DNA of 64,000 nt, taken from contig NW_003314375.1 in the NCBI RefSeq assembly GCF_000143415.4, positions 124,001 to 188,000 of the forward strand, given 5' to 3'. Every line of letters begins with the position of its first letter. Position 1 is the stretch's first letter. This DNA is from Selaginella moellendorffii (lineage: Eukaryota > Plantae > Lycopodiophyta). Position numbers and translations under genes: made by a program. Positions 50,347 through 64,000 of this stretch are shown here, in pieces. The notes beneath the pieces are model-generated. The model was not told the origin of the DNA. It made no database searches and was given only the letters and a program-made list of their open reading frames with translations.

Positions 50347-52432
50347 ATGGAGCTCAAGCTTCTCCTCCTCCTCCTGGTTGCAATCCTGGCTTCTACAGCC
50401 TCGGCTCAATGCCCTCTCTCCCACAGGATTGGAAGCAGCCAGAGATCTTTCAGAGCTTGCAGGAATCTTGCGGAGCAAGGAGCCACACTGGCCTGGACTC
50501 ACACTTCCTCCTCAAACACTCTGGATGCCGTCTTCACTGGGACTGCCCCGAGCTCCTCGGGCTGGGTGGCCTGGGGGATCAACACCGGCCCAGCGCCAGT
50601 GATGATGGGAGCCGACGTCTTCCTCGCCTTCCGGGCCAGCAATGGCACTGCCATGATCCTCACCTACAAGCTCACGCAGGACCTCATGACCAAGCTCCCA
50701 TCCCCCGGGCCGATTGGGATCCGGGTGCTGGACAAATCCGTGGACATTAGCGGCAACCGGATGAAGCTGTTCGTGAGGATCCAGCTGCCGCGCAATGGCA
50801 GCGCCGGGAGCGTGATCAACCACATCTGGAACAGGGGAGCGGCGATGCAGGGATCGAGCCCGCTGCCGCACGACACCAAGAACGACATCAAGAGCGCTGG
50901 CAGCATCAACATTGCCAGCGGCAACGCGGAGATCGTCATCCCCCACCAGAAGCTCAAGAACGTAAGTATACTTCTTCTTCTTCGTTTTCTTTTTGGTGAT
51001 TGTTTGCATCGGCATTCAAATCTGGAGGGGCCGATCCAGAAATCGAGCACTTGGGTCGATGGATCGCTTCATTGGGTCTCGTGGGTAGTCATTATACTCC
51101 GTGTCGGATCGTCCCAGCGATCGGGAAAGTGATCGGCACAGGCTTCTCTTTCTTTTCTCATTTTTTCGCTCCTCCTTTCTCGTTTTGTGGGCACAATCAG
51201 AGAATCCATGGCCGTGCTGCTTTTGCTTTCGGCCACCGAGTGAGAAATCAATGCGGGCCCTCGTTTCATGTTCTCGCCTAAATCTAGTGCTTGTGACCGT
51301 CAATCAGCAGCAGTAGAGCATAAGCCTGTGCTACAGTCTCTTTTACTCTTCTTTCTCTCTGTCCTTTCGCTTTCTCGATGGAGCTTCTTCCACCGTTGCC
51401 ATGAAGCTCACTCTCTCGCGTACCATCGAGGGAATCGATTCAGCTTTTCCTCCTCTCCTTCTTTTTCCTTGTCGATCGAATATTGGCCCGTGAACATCCT
51501 CTGTTTGTTTCCTCCAACAGTAGGCAGCTTTTATAAATCCGTGCATTCGCCACCACTAGCGTTCTTCGAGAAGGAGAAACCATCTTTTTCTTCGCTCTTT
51601 AATTGTCATCTAGGACGGAACAAACTGTTCCACCACCTTTTTTTCTTCGATAGTCATAATTTTGTGTTCTCACTGGTCTTCGCAGAGGCACGGGATTATC
51701 AACGCAGTGGGATGGGGATTGCTCCTGCCACTGGGAGTCATGTCAGCTCGATACTTGAAAGTTTTCCAGTGCGCGGACCCAGCATGGTTTTACATGCACG
51801 CTTTCTTCCAGAGCTCCGGCTACGTTCTGGGCGTTGTCGGCTGGGCCACGGGACTCAAGCTCGCGACTTACGCCGCTACAGTGCGCTGCAAGCACCGGAA
51901 TCTCGGCATCGCCATCTTCGTCTTCTCGACGTTGCAAGTAAGCTCTCATAATTCTCCTCTGGATTGCCACGTTTCGACTTTTGTACTGCCTTTCTCAATC
52001 TCTTGGCACGGTTTTGCTTGAGTTTCACTCCTCGGCTGCATGATTCGCCTCTTTTCCTGATGGAACCGCCTCTGCGTGCGTCTACAGGTCCTGTCGCTTC
52101 TTTTGCGGCCCAAAAAGGAGCACAAGGTGCGGAAGTTCTGGAACATCTACCACCACACGCTGGGCTACGCCACCATCGCCATGATCATCGTCAACATCTT
52201 CGAGGGCTTTGATCTCCTGCAGCCGGATCGGAAGTGGAAGCGCACCTACATTGGAGTGATCTCATCGCTGGCTGCGCTGAGCGTAATCTTGGAGGTGGTC
52301 ACCTGGGTCGTCTACTTACGAAACAAGTCCAGACGATCGTCTCAAGCCGAGCCCTTCAAAGGAGCTGCCGCTGCAAATGGTCACGGGTCATCTCCTTGGC
52401 CCAGTGCTGCTACTGCTCCCAATGGGGCTTGA
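50347..52432 (+). CDS. DOMON + cytochrome b561 domain protein (CYBDOM)
   Basis: Signal peptide; GWVAWGIN, MMGA, NHIWNRG; exon 2 RHGIINAVGWGLLLPLGVMSARY, WFYMH; exon 3 LRPKKEHKVRKFWNIYHH. Exons 50347-50961, 51686-51937, 52088-52432. Confidence 0.93.
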
Positions 52433-53166
52433 ATGCCAGATAAAAATGATAAAAAGAAGAAAACAATGCGAGAGAAGAAAAGGATGGCTACATGGTAATG
52501 TAGTGCTATACGTTTCGCTATGTGTTATACAATATATTTTTATAGGATTTCTGCGAACAGGATTCTCAGGTTTGACCAGAATAAAAATGTTGTCGTCCAC
52601 ATGGTGGAAAAGCTTTAAAGAAAATCCCTTTCCGTACTATGTTCTTGTTCTTGTTTGTTTTGAGCAGATCGAGGAGCTTGAACTTGTCATAAACATTGGC
52701 TGGGAGTCATCGTCTTTTGGGCGATCGTCTTCTTTCAAGAGAATCTAAAAGCTTGTTGTTTCCACCAAAAATTGCGTTTAATTTTTGCGTCATGATCGTG
52801 TCATTTCTTCCTGTGGACCAAGCGAGCTCTTTTTAAGCCACAGAATGAATAAAAGATTTCATCCACATTTGGCGCTTTTCTTCCATCACAAAGTTACGCT
52901 CCAAAAATCATCTCGATGTTCCTTCGTTGTCGAACAAAGACCGCACACCACACTCAAAAGCGAGGCCCTGAGAGACGCAAGGAGCCACAAATTATGTAAC
53001 ATTTCGATCCAAGCACATTTGCTGTGAATTACTACGGAGAGATTCTCGAGCAAGACCTGCGTGATAAAAACTTTAGAACCAAGTAAACAGCAGAGTATCT
53101 TTTCTCTCCCATAGAAGACGTGGAAATCGCAGCTACTGCGATTTCATTCTCTTGCAGGCTTACTTT

Positions 53167-56100
53167 TTAGGTGGTGGCGTCGTTATTCTCTTCGTCCTCG
53201 TCTGCGTCCTCCTTGATGGACTCCAGCGTCGCCTCTGCCTCGTCTGCCTCGTTGATGAGTCCCAGTTGCCCCTGGCGTACGTTGAAGCTCATGGACGCCT
53301 GAATTCCCTTCTTTGAGACTTCGTTGTCCAGTGCCACGACGCTGTCTCTGATCGTCGGCCGGGACTTTTCAAACGCCTGGTCGCCCACTAGCTTGCGAGA
53401 GACTCCCAAAGTCATCCCGACCGAGACCAGGGTCTCCAGCGACCTCTCGCTGTTTGCGAGGAGATCCTTGTCAATGTCAATCGCTCCCTGCATGGAAAGC
53501 ACACAGCTCGTCAGCTCCTCAAGAGGATGGTAAGGCTTGCCAGTCATGACACGTACCGCGCGGAAGACGCAAATGCACGTACTTCCCCCGAAAGAAAAGT
53601 ATCCGAGCTGTGCCAGGACCAGTGAGGAAACAAGTCGTCGACTTCTTGCTTTATTTTTTCATACCTCGTCGCCCTTCTTGACGACGGATCCTTCTTTTTT
53701 AGTGAACGTAATGCTGCCCACCATTGTTGCTCCGATTGCCACGAATGCCACCTACATTTAATTTTAAATAGAGGGTTTACCAAAGGGAAGATCGCATACC
53801 TGTCCAAAATCTTCACTAGAAATGATGCAAACAGCGCGCTTGTTGTCCGTGAAAACATTACAATACGGACTATTCACGGCAATAGGATTCACCTGCAAAA
53901 GTATAAGATAGGAAATAGTTTATGCATCACCTCACAGAGGCCATACCGTTAATAGATGGCCCGGTATATCAATTAGCGGCCCCAATACTCCACTAATTGG
54001 TACGTGAAACCGATGATAATCCTGTAGAGGAAAAGCTAACTGTTACAGCAAGCAACAAATATGATGAACCTGAGGTGCCAAACGAAAAATGGCGATAGGA
54101 CCGCCCTCGAACTGCTTTGCCAATGCTTTGTCCCCAAGAAGGCCAGGTACAGAAAATCGCCTCCCCTAGTAAATAGAAACGTATCAGTCGTAGCAACTCC
54201 TTGGTTTCTCTTAAACCTTGATCCAAAAACGCGTGGCTGCATCAGCGTTCTTGAACACCATCAAACGGCAATCAGCACCACACACTGCAACAGCGTCATT
54301 GTTTTCTTGTGCAATGGGTCGTGATCCGGGCCGAAGTTCTCTGATAAAAAACTCGTTGAAAGTCTGTAAATAAACGCTTGCGTAGCTCAAGTTCGCTTAG
54401 GTGACAACCAAACCTTGTAGTGCTCAACGGGATGCTTGAACTCGTCAACATCAATCCTGTCCTGTTTGGTCAGCTCACATTAACAACTGCAAGAAGCACA
54501 AGCAATGTGTCCGCTTACATGAAAAAATTCAATGAACTTGGGAATAGCAGCCGCTGATTGAGGGGAATCCATTTTCCTTCCGTGCTTTTCTGACAGCCGT
54601 ATTAGAAAATTTTTTGTTCCTGGCACACAAAGCACAATGCAAATTAAAAACAATGTAGACAAAGAGAAAAAAACTACTGTAGCTTTACCAGCATCGAGAA
54701 GAGCTAATCCGAGTTTCGACTGATAAATTGCACGCATCGCCAAGGCTATTTTTTTGTCAATAACCTCTTCGATCATTCTCTTGGACCTTCGATCAAATAC
54801 CTGGCATAATTCTCTTGAGTCCCTAGAAATTACAACCAAGAAAGACCAGGCGTACAAGAATGTGGGCAACATTAGAGCCTTTCTTCAGACCAACGTCGTA
54901 CGTGGAAAGATTTGCCCACTCGCTGAATTTGAACATCCACCTGTAATGATAAAAAAGATTTTCAGTGCCTGTAACTAAACGCTCAACACAAATATACCCA
55001 TATGAAGCCTGCTTTTCCGTTATAAAACCTCCTCTCATAATTTCCAAACCAGTGCCTTCGTCAAAACAAAGGCTCATGTGAATCATGTCGTTCAGGTTGT
55101 CTACAACTCCAAGATTATCACCACATACAGGACACTGCTTAACCCAAATAGTTCTGTCCAACGTAAAACTTTCACCAGTAAAAAGAACGCAATTAGTGTT
55201 ATAGTTACCTTTCCTTGTGCGTGGCAAGTAATTGGGCAAGCTCGTCGGCACTGACTTTTCCATCCTTATTCTCGTCAGCTTGCAAAAACAAGTTGGAAAG
55301 CTACAAATCAACAATGAATAGTTTATAGAGGTGATAGAAAAACGCAGAAAAATGTTACCTCCTCGTCAGACATTCTGTTCCCAAAGGATTTGATCAAATC
55401 ATGAAACTCGTCCAGCGATAACTCGCCATTTTCATCAAAGTCCTGCACTAACGTTGAAGGTGTGTGCATCTAAAAGAAATTTGTAACGTACCACTATTGC
55501 AAGCAGACGCCTCGCAAAGCTTCGCTCTGTTTCCATTTGACTCTACGAGACAAAACGGCTTAGGCAGGCAGTTGTCCGAAACAGCAGCTTATACCTCAAT
55601 CCTGTACTCCACAGTGATGTGACCGACAGTTTTCGTCTTTGTACTTGGATCAAACAGATAAAGCATCTCAGAATTTTCTTCATCCTGAGCCGCAGTTCAG
55701 CAAAGCACGAAACGGAAATAATACAAGACTTACTGGGCGAAGCACAAGGGACAGATCGATTTCGCAGTAACCAACGAGGGTGTTTTTCGCGAGCTTATGC
55801 ACCTGTTAACACCGTAAGTTCTAGCTCTAAACAAAACGAAATCACCTCAAAAACCGAGATCCGGGTGATGCGAGGACCATTTTGCTCTAGTGCTACTTTC
55901 TTCTCCTGGAACAAAGCGAAAATAGTACAAAGCAGCAGTCCACAACCAAAAAGCACTTACAGATTTCCATTGGGGATTGTCTGTGCTGCATAACAATTTT
56001 TGTCACACATCACAGCATCAGGAAAAGAAACTTGGAAAATGCGAAGGAGGAGCAAAGCGTAACCTGGGAGACGTTGATGTCCTAAACGCCTGCTCTCCGA

Positions 56101-56331
56101 TAGAAACACAGGCAAACCACTTTGCTCTTCGTTGCATTTCCGCCTAAAAGCACCAAAAAGGGGAAAAGTGAAAGAAAGAAGAGCAATCGATCCGCTCACC
56201 TCTGCCAAATGGATTCGGACAATGCCGGAGAAATCCTCGGCCCGGAAGGTCCGATTGTCCCTGTGCATCACCTTCTTGGGCTTGGGAGGCGGCCTCCTGG
56301 ACGATTCCGGCTTTCCCAGGCGCTGCCCCAT
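53167..56331 (-). CDS. PSD2: Phosphatidylserine decarboxylase, PSD2/PSD3 type (C2 and EF-hand)
   Basis: MG start; AEDFSGI; QCPVCG...IHMSLCFDEGTG; GGFITEKQASYGWMFK; IPKFIEFF; AIGATMVGSITF; GYFSFGGSTCICVF (self-cleavage motif); IDKDLLANSERSLETLVSVGMTLG. Confidence 0.93.
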
Positions 56332-56755
56332 CCTGAGGAGAAAATATTTCCACCAACAATATCAACACGGGGAGAATGCGATGGGGAGGGGGCTGGAGCT
56401 AGCGCCTAGCCTTTTCTGGAGGATCGCCGCGGCGAGAAGCTGTGCTAGCATACACATCGCTTCTTTCTCCTCTGGGAAGGCTTGGATTGCTCCGGCAACA
56501 GCATTTCTGGGGAGGAGCTACGAGCTAGAATACCAGTGGCGAAGACGATCGGCTACATCACGCGGCGCGCCATGCGTGTCCTCCTGCGACGTTGCCATTG
56601 CTTCGCGCGCTCTAGGGTTACATTAGTGCTAACAAACCGCCAATAGTTTTTTATTATATTTAACCAGGCTTTAACTATTTAATTTCAAGTTAGTAATTTA
56701 ATCACGCTTATTTTATTTATATATATTTAGTTAATTGATATAAGTACAACATGGA

Positions 56756-56809
56756 GGCCTGGTCAGGCTAATAACGCCAAGGTCGCAGGTTTGAAACCTG
56801 CATAGGCCA
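56756..56809 (+). pseudogene. Internally deleted tRNA-Ile copy
   Basis: ggcc-tggtcag-gctaataacgccaaggtcgcaggtttgaaacctgcataggcca. Confidence 0.75.
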
Positions 56810-56888
56810 AACTGGTTTTTATTTCGTCACGTGGACGTTCGAAATCTTTTGCTTAATTTAGTTTGGTTATTTACAATCACAATGTTGA

Positions 56889-56962
56889 GGCCTATTAGCT
56901 CAGCTGGTCAGAGCGTGGTGCTAATAACGCCAAGGTCGCAGGTTCGAGACCTGCATGGGCCA
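56889..56962 (+). tRNA. tRNA-Ile (AAT)
   Basis: GGCCTATTAGCTCAGCTGGTCAGAGCGTGGTGCTAATAACGCCAAGGTCGCAGGTTCGAGACCTGCATGGGCCA, with a T-run downstream. Confidence 0.95.
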
Positions 56963-57012
56963 GCTTTCATATTTTTTTTTTCATCTTCTTCCTCTTGGAG
57001 CAAATGCATCCC

Positions 57013-57339
57013 TCAATGCTGCTTCTCCCGGAACAAATCCGAGTTTCCCCAGGGATTGGGCCCCGCTGGAGGATAGAAAACTCCCCTGGGAAGCATTGTG
57101 GAGAATGATCTCGGTGGCTTCTCGATCGAATTGTTGTCCGTGGTTGCTCCCGCACTCCTGCTCCACGATTGGAGCTCCGATTGCTCCCCAGCCGGAGAAT
57201 TCCGCGTCTGAGATTCATCCAAGGAGGCCAGGATCTTCCTGCTCGTCGGCGATGATCCAGACTGGCTAAGAACGAAGCCCGCAAGGACGAGTACTGCTGA
57301 AAGAAGCAACTTCCCATAAAATAATCGACTAGCAGTCAT
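57013..57339 (-). CDS. Small secreted peptide precursor, IDA/IDL-PIP-like (divergent)
   Basis: 108 aa, single exon; hydrophobic signal, RKIL motif, C-terminal FSTMLPRGVFYPPAGPNPWGN. Confidence 0.65.
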   Translation of the reverse strand: MTASRLFYGKLLLSAVLVLAGFVLSQSGSSPTSRKILASLDESQTRNSPAGEQSELQSWSRSAGATTDNNSIEKPPRSFSTMLPRGVFYPPAGPNPWGNSDLFREKQH

Positions 57340-57893
57340 CTAGAAATGATTTTTCTTTGCGTTTCTTTTCCCTTTTCCACACGAGCTGTGAACTAAACAA
57401 TGCGGCGGGCAGCTTCTGCGGAGGATTTCCACTGCCGGGATTTTAAAAACTGGTGCGTTTGGAGGGAAGGTTTTCGTGGTTTTAGTTTGGTGGGGTTTGC
57501 TATCTCTCCCAATCAGAACCGACCTCACCTTTCAAAAGAAAAAAAAGAGAGAAAGAACTCGGTGATTCCTGCTTTGGGAACGCGAGAATATCCGGCGCGA
57601 ATAGGTAGTTCATGACTTTTGTTGGTGTGCTACGTATTGCGAGCGTATGTCTAGACGTATATATTCACGAATTGTGTGCATGGAAAGGTTATAGAGAAAA
57701 GATTGAATTAGAAGGCTTTTGTCAACACCAATCGATAAAATCCAGAAATAGAAGGATGCTTTTTGGGTGTGATTATTCTCTAGGTATCTCGTTGAAAATA
57801 ACAGCTAATCAATCAACTCTATGAGAATTTTCTTCGTCTGTTCTATTCGTTTCATCGCAAAAAGTTTCATACTAATCATGCTTTGTTGTTAAC

Positions 57894-57965
57894 GGGCATT
57901 TGGTCTAGTGGTATGATTCTCGCTTCGGGTGCGAGAGGTCCCGAGTTCGATTCCCGGAATGCCCC
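57894..57965 (+). tRNA. tRNA-Pro (CGG)
   Basis: Canonical tRNA-Pro body with anticodon CGG followed by TTTT; one T-stem mismatch. Confidence 0.92.
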
Positions 57966-57994
57966 TTTTGGAAAGTTTCTACCAAGCTTGTTAA

Positions 57995-58265
57995 TGTCTA
58001 ATGGTATGCTTCTCACTTTGAGAGGCCCCCCTTTTTGTTTCGTAAGTGAGTTTCACTTCCATAGCCATTATCATCACCAAGAGAAAGAGAATCTGCAAAG
58101 GTTTTACACTTTCTTGTTGATGGGCATTTGGTCTACTGGTACGATTCTCGCTTCGGGTGCGAGACAATTCTCACAATTCGTGCAAACAGAGGCTAATCGT
58201 AATCACGCTTAAAACCTTTTTAATGGTACTTCGAGAGGTCCCGAGTTCAATTCTCGGAATGCCCC
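57995..58265 (+). pseudogene. Degenerate or split tRNA-Pro copies
   Basis: Remnant at ~57995-58031; 5' part at 58122-58164; 3' part at 58232-58265. Confidence 0.8.
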
Positions 58266-58519
58266 CTCTCTCGTTTCCAAGGTTTAATGATTCACAGGTG
58301 GATCGCATTTTTGACCTCGTGGATGCTGTGACGATGCTCTTGGTCCCCTCCATGCCGAGTCATGAAAGCAGGCGTAAAATTTGACTAGTTGCTGCCGGAC
58401 CAAGAAAAACTTGTCACTAGTCAAGGATCACGAAGCTAACGTGATAGTGATAGAATTATACTGTGTGTATATTCACAAAGTTTAAGCAAGAACACCTATA
58501 ATCCTGTGTGTTTCAAACT

Positions 58520-58738
58520 TCATGGATCTGCGATGCTGTGGCTCGATCTCACCAAGTTTTCATTGTGCCTGAGAGATGGTCCCGGTGGAGGGGTCGAAAC
58601 TTTCCTGGGAAGCTTGCCAAGCAGCAGGGATGGAAACGAATCGCGGTGCCGCTGCCTCTCGAAACTCTGCCTGTTTGTGAACACTACAACGCCAATGGAG
58701 GCCACTAGCAGCAGGAGAACAATCAATAACTTGACCAT
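58520..58738 (-). CDS. IDA-like (IDL) secreted peptide precursor
   Basis: 72 aa; signal MVKLLIVLLLLVASIGVVVF; motif LLGKLPRKVSTPPPGPSLRHN resembles the IDA EPIP FGYLPKGVPIPPSAPSKRHN. Confidence 0.75.
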   Translation of the reverse strand: MVKLLIVLLLLVASIGVVVFTNRQSFERQRHRDSFPSLLLGKLPRKVSTPPPGPSLRHNENLVRSSHSIADP

Positions 58739-59085
58739 GATCGCTATGAACTATATCACGAAAGATCCGAGCTCGAAAGTGATTCCCGATTGGAGACGGA
58801 TCAAAAAGAGGCAGAAGAATACTTGGAGTGTGACGAATTTTGTCGCGCCCTCAAATACTCTTTTGGTTGATCCGAAAAGTCCACGAGGAGAAAACGAAAG
58901 TCAGCTCTCCAAGCATGAATGGTGTTGTGAGAACTGAAGAGAAAGAGGAAAAAAATGGGATCACTGTTTGGTGCTTAGCAGACATGTCCAGGCTGAGGGA
59001 GGCCAGATTCGCCGACGCAGGCGAGTATGTTGGTGTTAACTTAGGACTAATATAATATAATTAACAAAACACCCCCTTATAAACG

Positions 59086-59126
59086 TTTTAGGGTTCCTAA
59101 GGTTTTAGGTTTTAGGTTTTAGGGTT
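59086..59126. repeat. Telomere-like (T)TTTAGG(G) run / telo-box
   Basis: ttttagggttcctaaggttttaggttttaggttttagggtt. Confidence 0.55.
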
Positions 59127-59162
59127 CTTTACGGTGGCGTCGCGGTCGCTGGAGGCTTTACG

Positions 59163-59579
59163 GTGGCGTCGCGGTCGCTGGAGGATGAGGATGATCCCGT
59201 CCAGCAGCAAGCGGCCGAGGAGGAGGATGCGGCCGATGGTGAGTGTGGATTCTGCGCTTTCATGAAAAAGGGGCCTTGCGGCGGCGAGTTTGTGAGCTGG
59301 GAAGATTGCACCGACAGGTCCGAGGAGGAGGAGGAGGAGGAGGAGGAGGAGGAGAAGAAGAAATCGGAGAAATCCGAGGGAGCGGAGTCGCCAGTCGAGA
59401 AGTGTAGGCCGGCGATGCGATTCTTGAAGGCTTGCATGGAGAGCAACCAGGATTACTACGGGGTCGTGCTGCGCGCTGAGCAGGCGGTGCTTGATTCGGT
59501 CAGCAAGGGCGAAGAAAAGGGCGAGAACGAAGCCGGCGAGATCAAATCCAGCGAGGAAGCGCAAGAAATCGCCACTTGA
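59163..59579 (+). CDS. GCK-domain protein (twin-Cys, Mia40/CHCH-related); start uncertain
   Basis: ECGFCAFMKKGPCGGEFVSWEDC...VEKC...LKACMESNQDYY; no in-frame ATG in this exon. Confidence 0.8.
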   Translation: MASRSLEDEDDPVQQQAAEEEDAADGECGFCAFMKKGPCGGEFVSWEDCTDRSEEEEEEEEEEEKKKSEKSEGAESPVEKCRPAMRFLKACMESNQDYYGVVLRAEQAVLDSVSKGEEKGENEAGEIKSSEEAQEIAT

Positions 59580-59980
59580 ATCGCTCCTCTCTCTAATCCC
59601 CCCTTTGTGCTTTTCAATTTTGTTTTTCTAGATCGATTGGGAGCTGATGAATCTGCGAGGAACAAATCTAGCTTCCTAGGAACTCTTTCTTTACTCCTGA
59701 TGATTCTTTGCCACAGGATGATCTCGTTGTCTCGCAAGTTTCGGGAAGAGCTCTCGAATCCATCGACGGATCTGGAGCTGGAGATTTTGTGGATGTCTCG
59801 CAGATCCAGAGCTCTGGAATCTGTGGAGAAATCTCACTTCCCAAGATCAAGTTTAAGCAATACTGCCAGGTTTCTCTGTGCTCGCAATGCGCAGTGAGAA
59901 GTATGATGTATTGCACAGTTAGAAATAAATCACTTTCCCGCCATGGCTTTCGAAATTTAGGTTTAGGGTTTAGAGGCGTG

Positions 59981-62921
<2,941 letters not shown>

Positions 62922-62944
62922 CAAGTTTTGCTAGCGATATGCCT

Positions 62945-64000
62945 TTACGTGAAGATATGGAGCAAACGATGGACGTCCTTGGGATTGTTATCTCTGAGAA
63001 CTTGATTCGCTGCTCTTTTTCCAATCGTGGGGGAGTTCTGTGGATGGATTCTACAAGCACCAAGCAGAGCTCCAAGAGCCTCGGCGTTTGGTTTGTATGG
63101 CATGCCATAAATCACCTCTTCCGCCCTCTTCAAGTTTCCAATCCGCCCAAAGCCATCTGCAACGCAGACATAGTGTTCTTGGCTGGGTTCTAGACAATGA
63201 TCGGAGCTCATAGATAAGAGATAATTTAGCGCTTTCTCTAGCAAACCAATGTGGGTGCAAGCTGATATCACCTTCAAAAAACAAAGGTCGTCTGGATCAA
63301 TACCCTCCACCTCCATTTCATGGAAGATTTGGATGGCATCACGTCCATGACCAAAGTGAGCATATCCAGCAATCAAAGCCGTCCATGTCACAAGCGTCCG
63401 TTTGGACATCTTCTCGAAGAGATTTCTTGCCCCGTCAAGATGCCCGTTCTGGGCATATCCCACAACCATGGAATTCCAGGAGAGAATATTTCTTTCGGGA
63501 ATCTTGTTAAAAACGCTGCGGGCCTCTGCCACGTCCCCAGCCTGAGAATATCCGCCAACGAGGATGTTCCAAGGCACCGCATCGTCCAGCGGCATACTTT
63601 CGAATACTCCCTGTGCGCACACCATTTGCCCTTCCCGGGCATATGCATGGAGGAGCAAAGTCCATGATATAACGTCTTTCATCGGCATCTGGTCAAATAA
63701 TACTTTGACATCTTCAAGATGCCCATGCTGCGCAAAAACTTGCATGATCGACGTCCATGAAAGAACGTCTCGCTCGGGCATCTTATCAAATAAAGATTTG
63801 GCTTGCTCGCAATGGCAATCACTTTGGGCGTAAGCAGATATCATAGAATTACAAGCCACTAGATTGTGCTCGGGCATTCTATCAAACACTCTATTGCATT
63901 TTTCCAAGTCTTGATTTTCCACAAAAGCTTGTAGCAATGCACTCCAAGAGATGATATCTCTCTCCAGCATTCCATCAAACGTTTTCTTGGCCTCCTCCAC
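62945..64000 (-). CDS. PLS-class pentatricopeptide repeat protein (E-type), 5' end outside the window
   Basis: Tandem FDxMPExDVxSWxxxxxxYAQxG repeats; ACTHIGLL, HYVCVADGFGRIG, ALLGACRIH. Confidence 0.92.
   Translation of the reverse strand: MEEAKKTFDGMLERDIISWSALLQAFVENQDLEKCNRVFDRMPEHNLVACNSMISAYAQSDCHCEQAKSLFDKMPERDVLSWTSIMQVFAQHGHLEDVKVLFDQMPMKDVISWTLLLHAYAREGQMVCAQGVFESMPLDDAVPWNILVGGYSQAGDVAEARSVFNKIPERNILSWNSMVVGYAQNGHLDGARNLFEKMSKRTLVTWTALIAGYAHFGHGRDAIQIFHEMEVEGIDPDDLCFLKVISACTHIGLLEKALNYLLSMSSDHCLEPSQEHYVCVADGFGRIGNLKRAEEVIYGMPYKPNAEALGALLGACRIHPQNSPTIGKRAANQVLRDNNPKDVHRLLHIFT

Overview
Compact eukaryotic plant genomic DNA with short GT-AG introns, PLS-class PPR genes and plant tRNAs. 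It is most consistent with a lycophyte such as Selaginella (inferred from gene content and style, not verified). Apparently intact genes: a nuclear organelle-targeted RPL20, a full-size ABCG/PDR transporter, a Hedgehog-type Hint/Hog protein, a conserved membrane protein, a DOMON-cytochrome b561, a PSD2-type phosphatidylserine decarboxylase, two IDA-like secreted peptide precursors, a GCK-domain protein, RECQL3, a PPR protein and four tRNAs. Many pseudogenes and fragments are also present (F-box, BTA1, UGT, bacterial-type ADH, PPR), and about 28-49 kb is rich in transposon relics. Highlights: (1) a three-copy family of signal-peptide + Hint/Hog autoprocessing genes whose predicted N-terminal cargo is only 5 residues (TNTTG) or none, with the intact copy head-to-head with the PDR exporter; (2) a Crinkler/RHS-like P-loop NTPase gene that the ORF track misses, plus a REase-like relic of the same family; (3) Cassandra-like TRIM LTRs carrying a 5S rRNA core, including a solo LTR with a 5-bp TSD in a three-level nest; (4) two IDA-like peptide genes among tRNA genes; (5) tRNA genes flanked by truncated copies of themselves. 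All family assignments come from motif recognition by eye; no searches were run.
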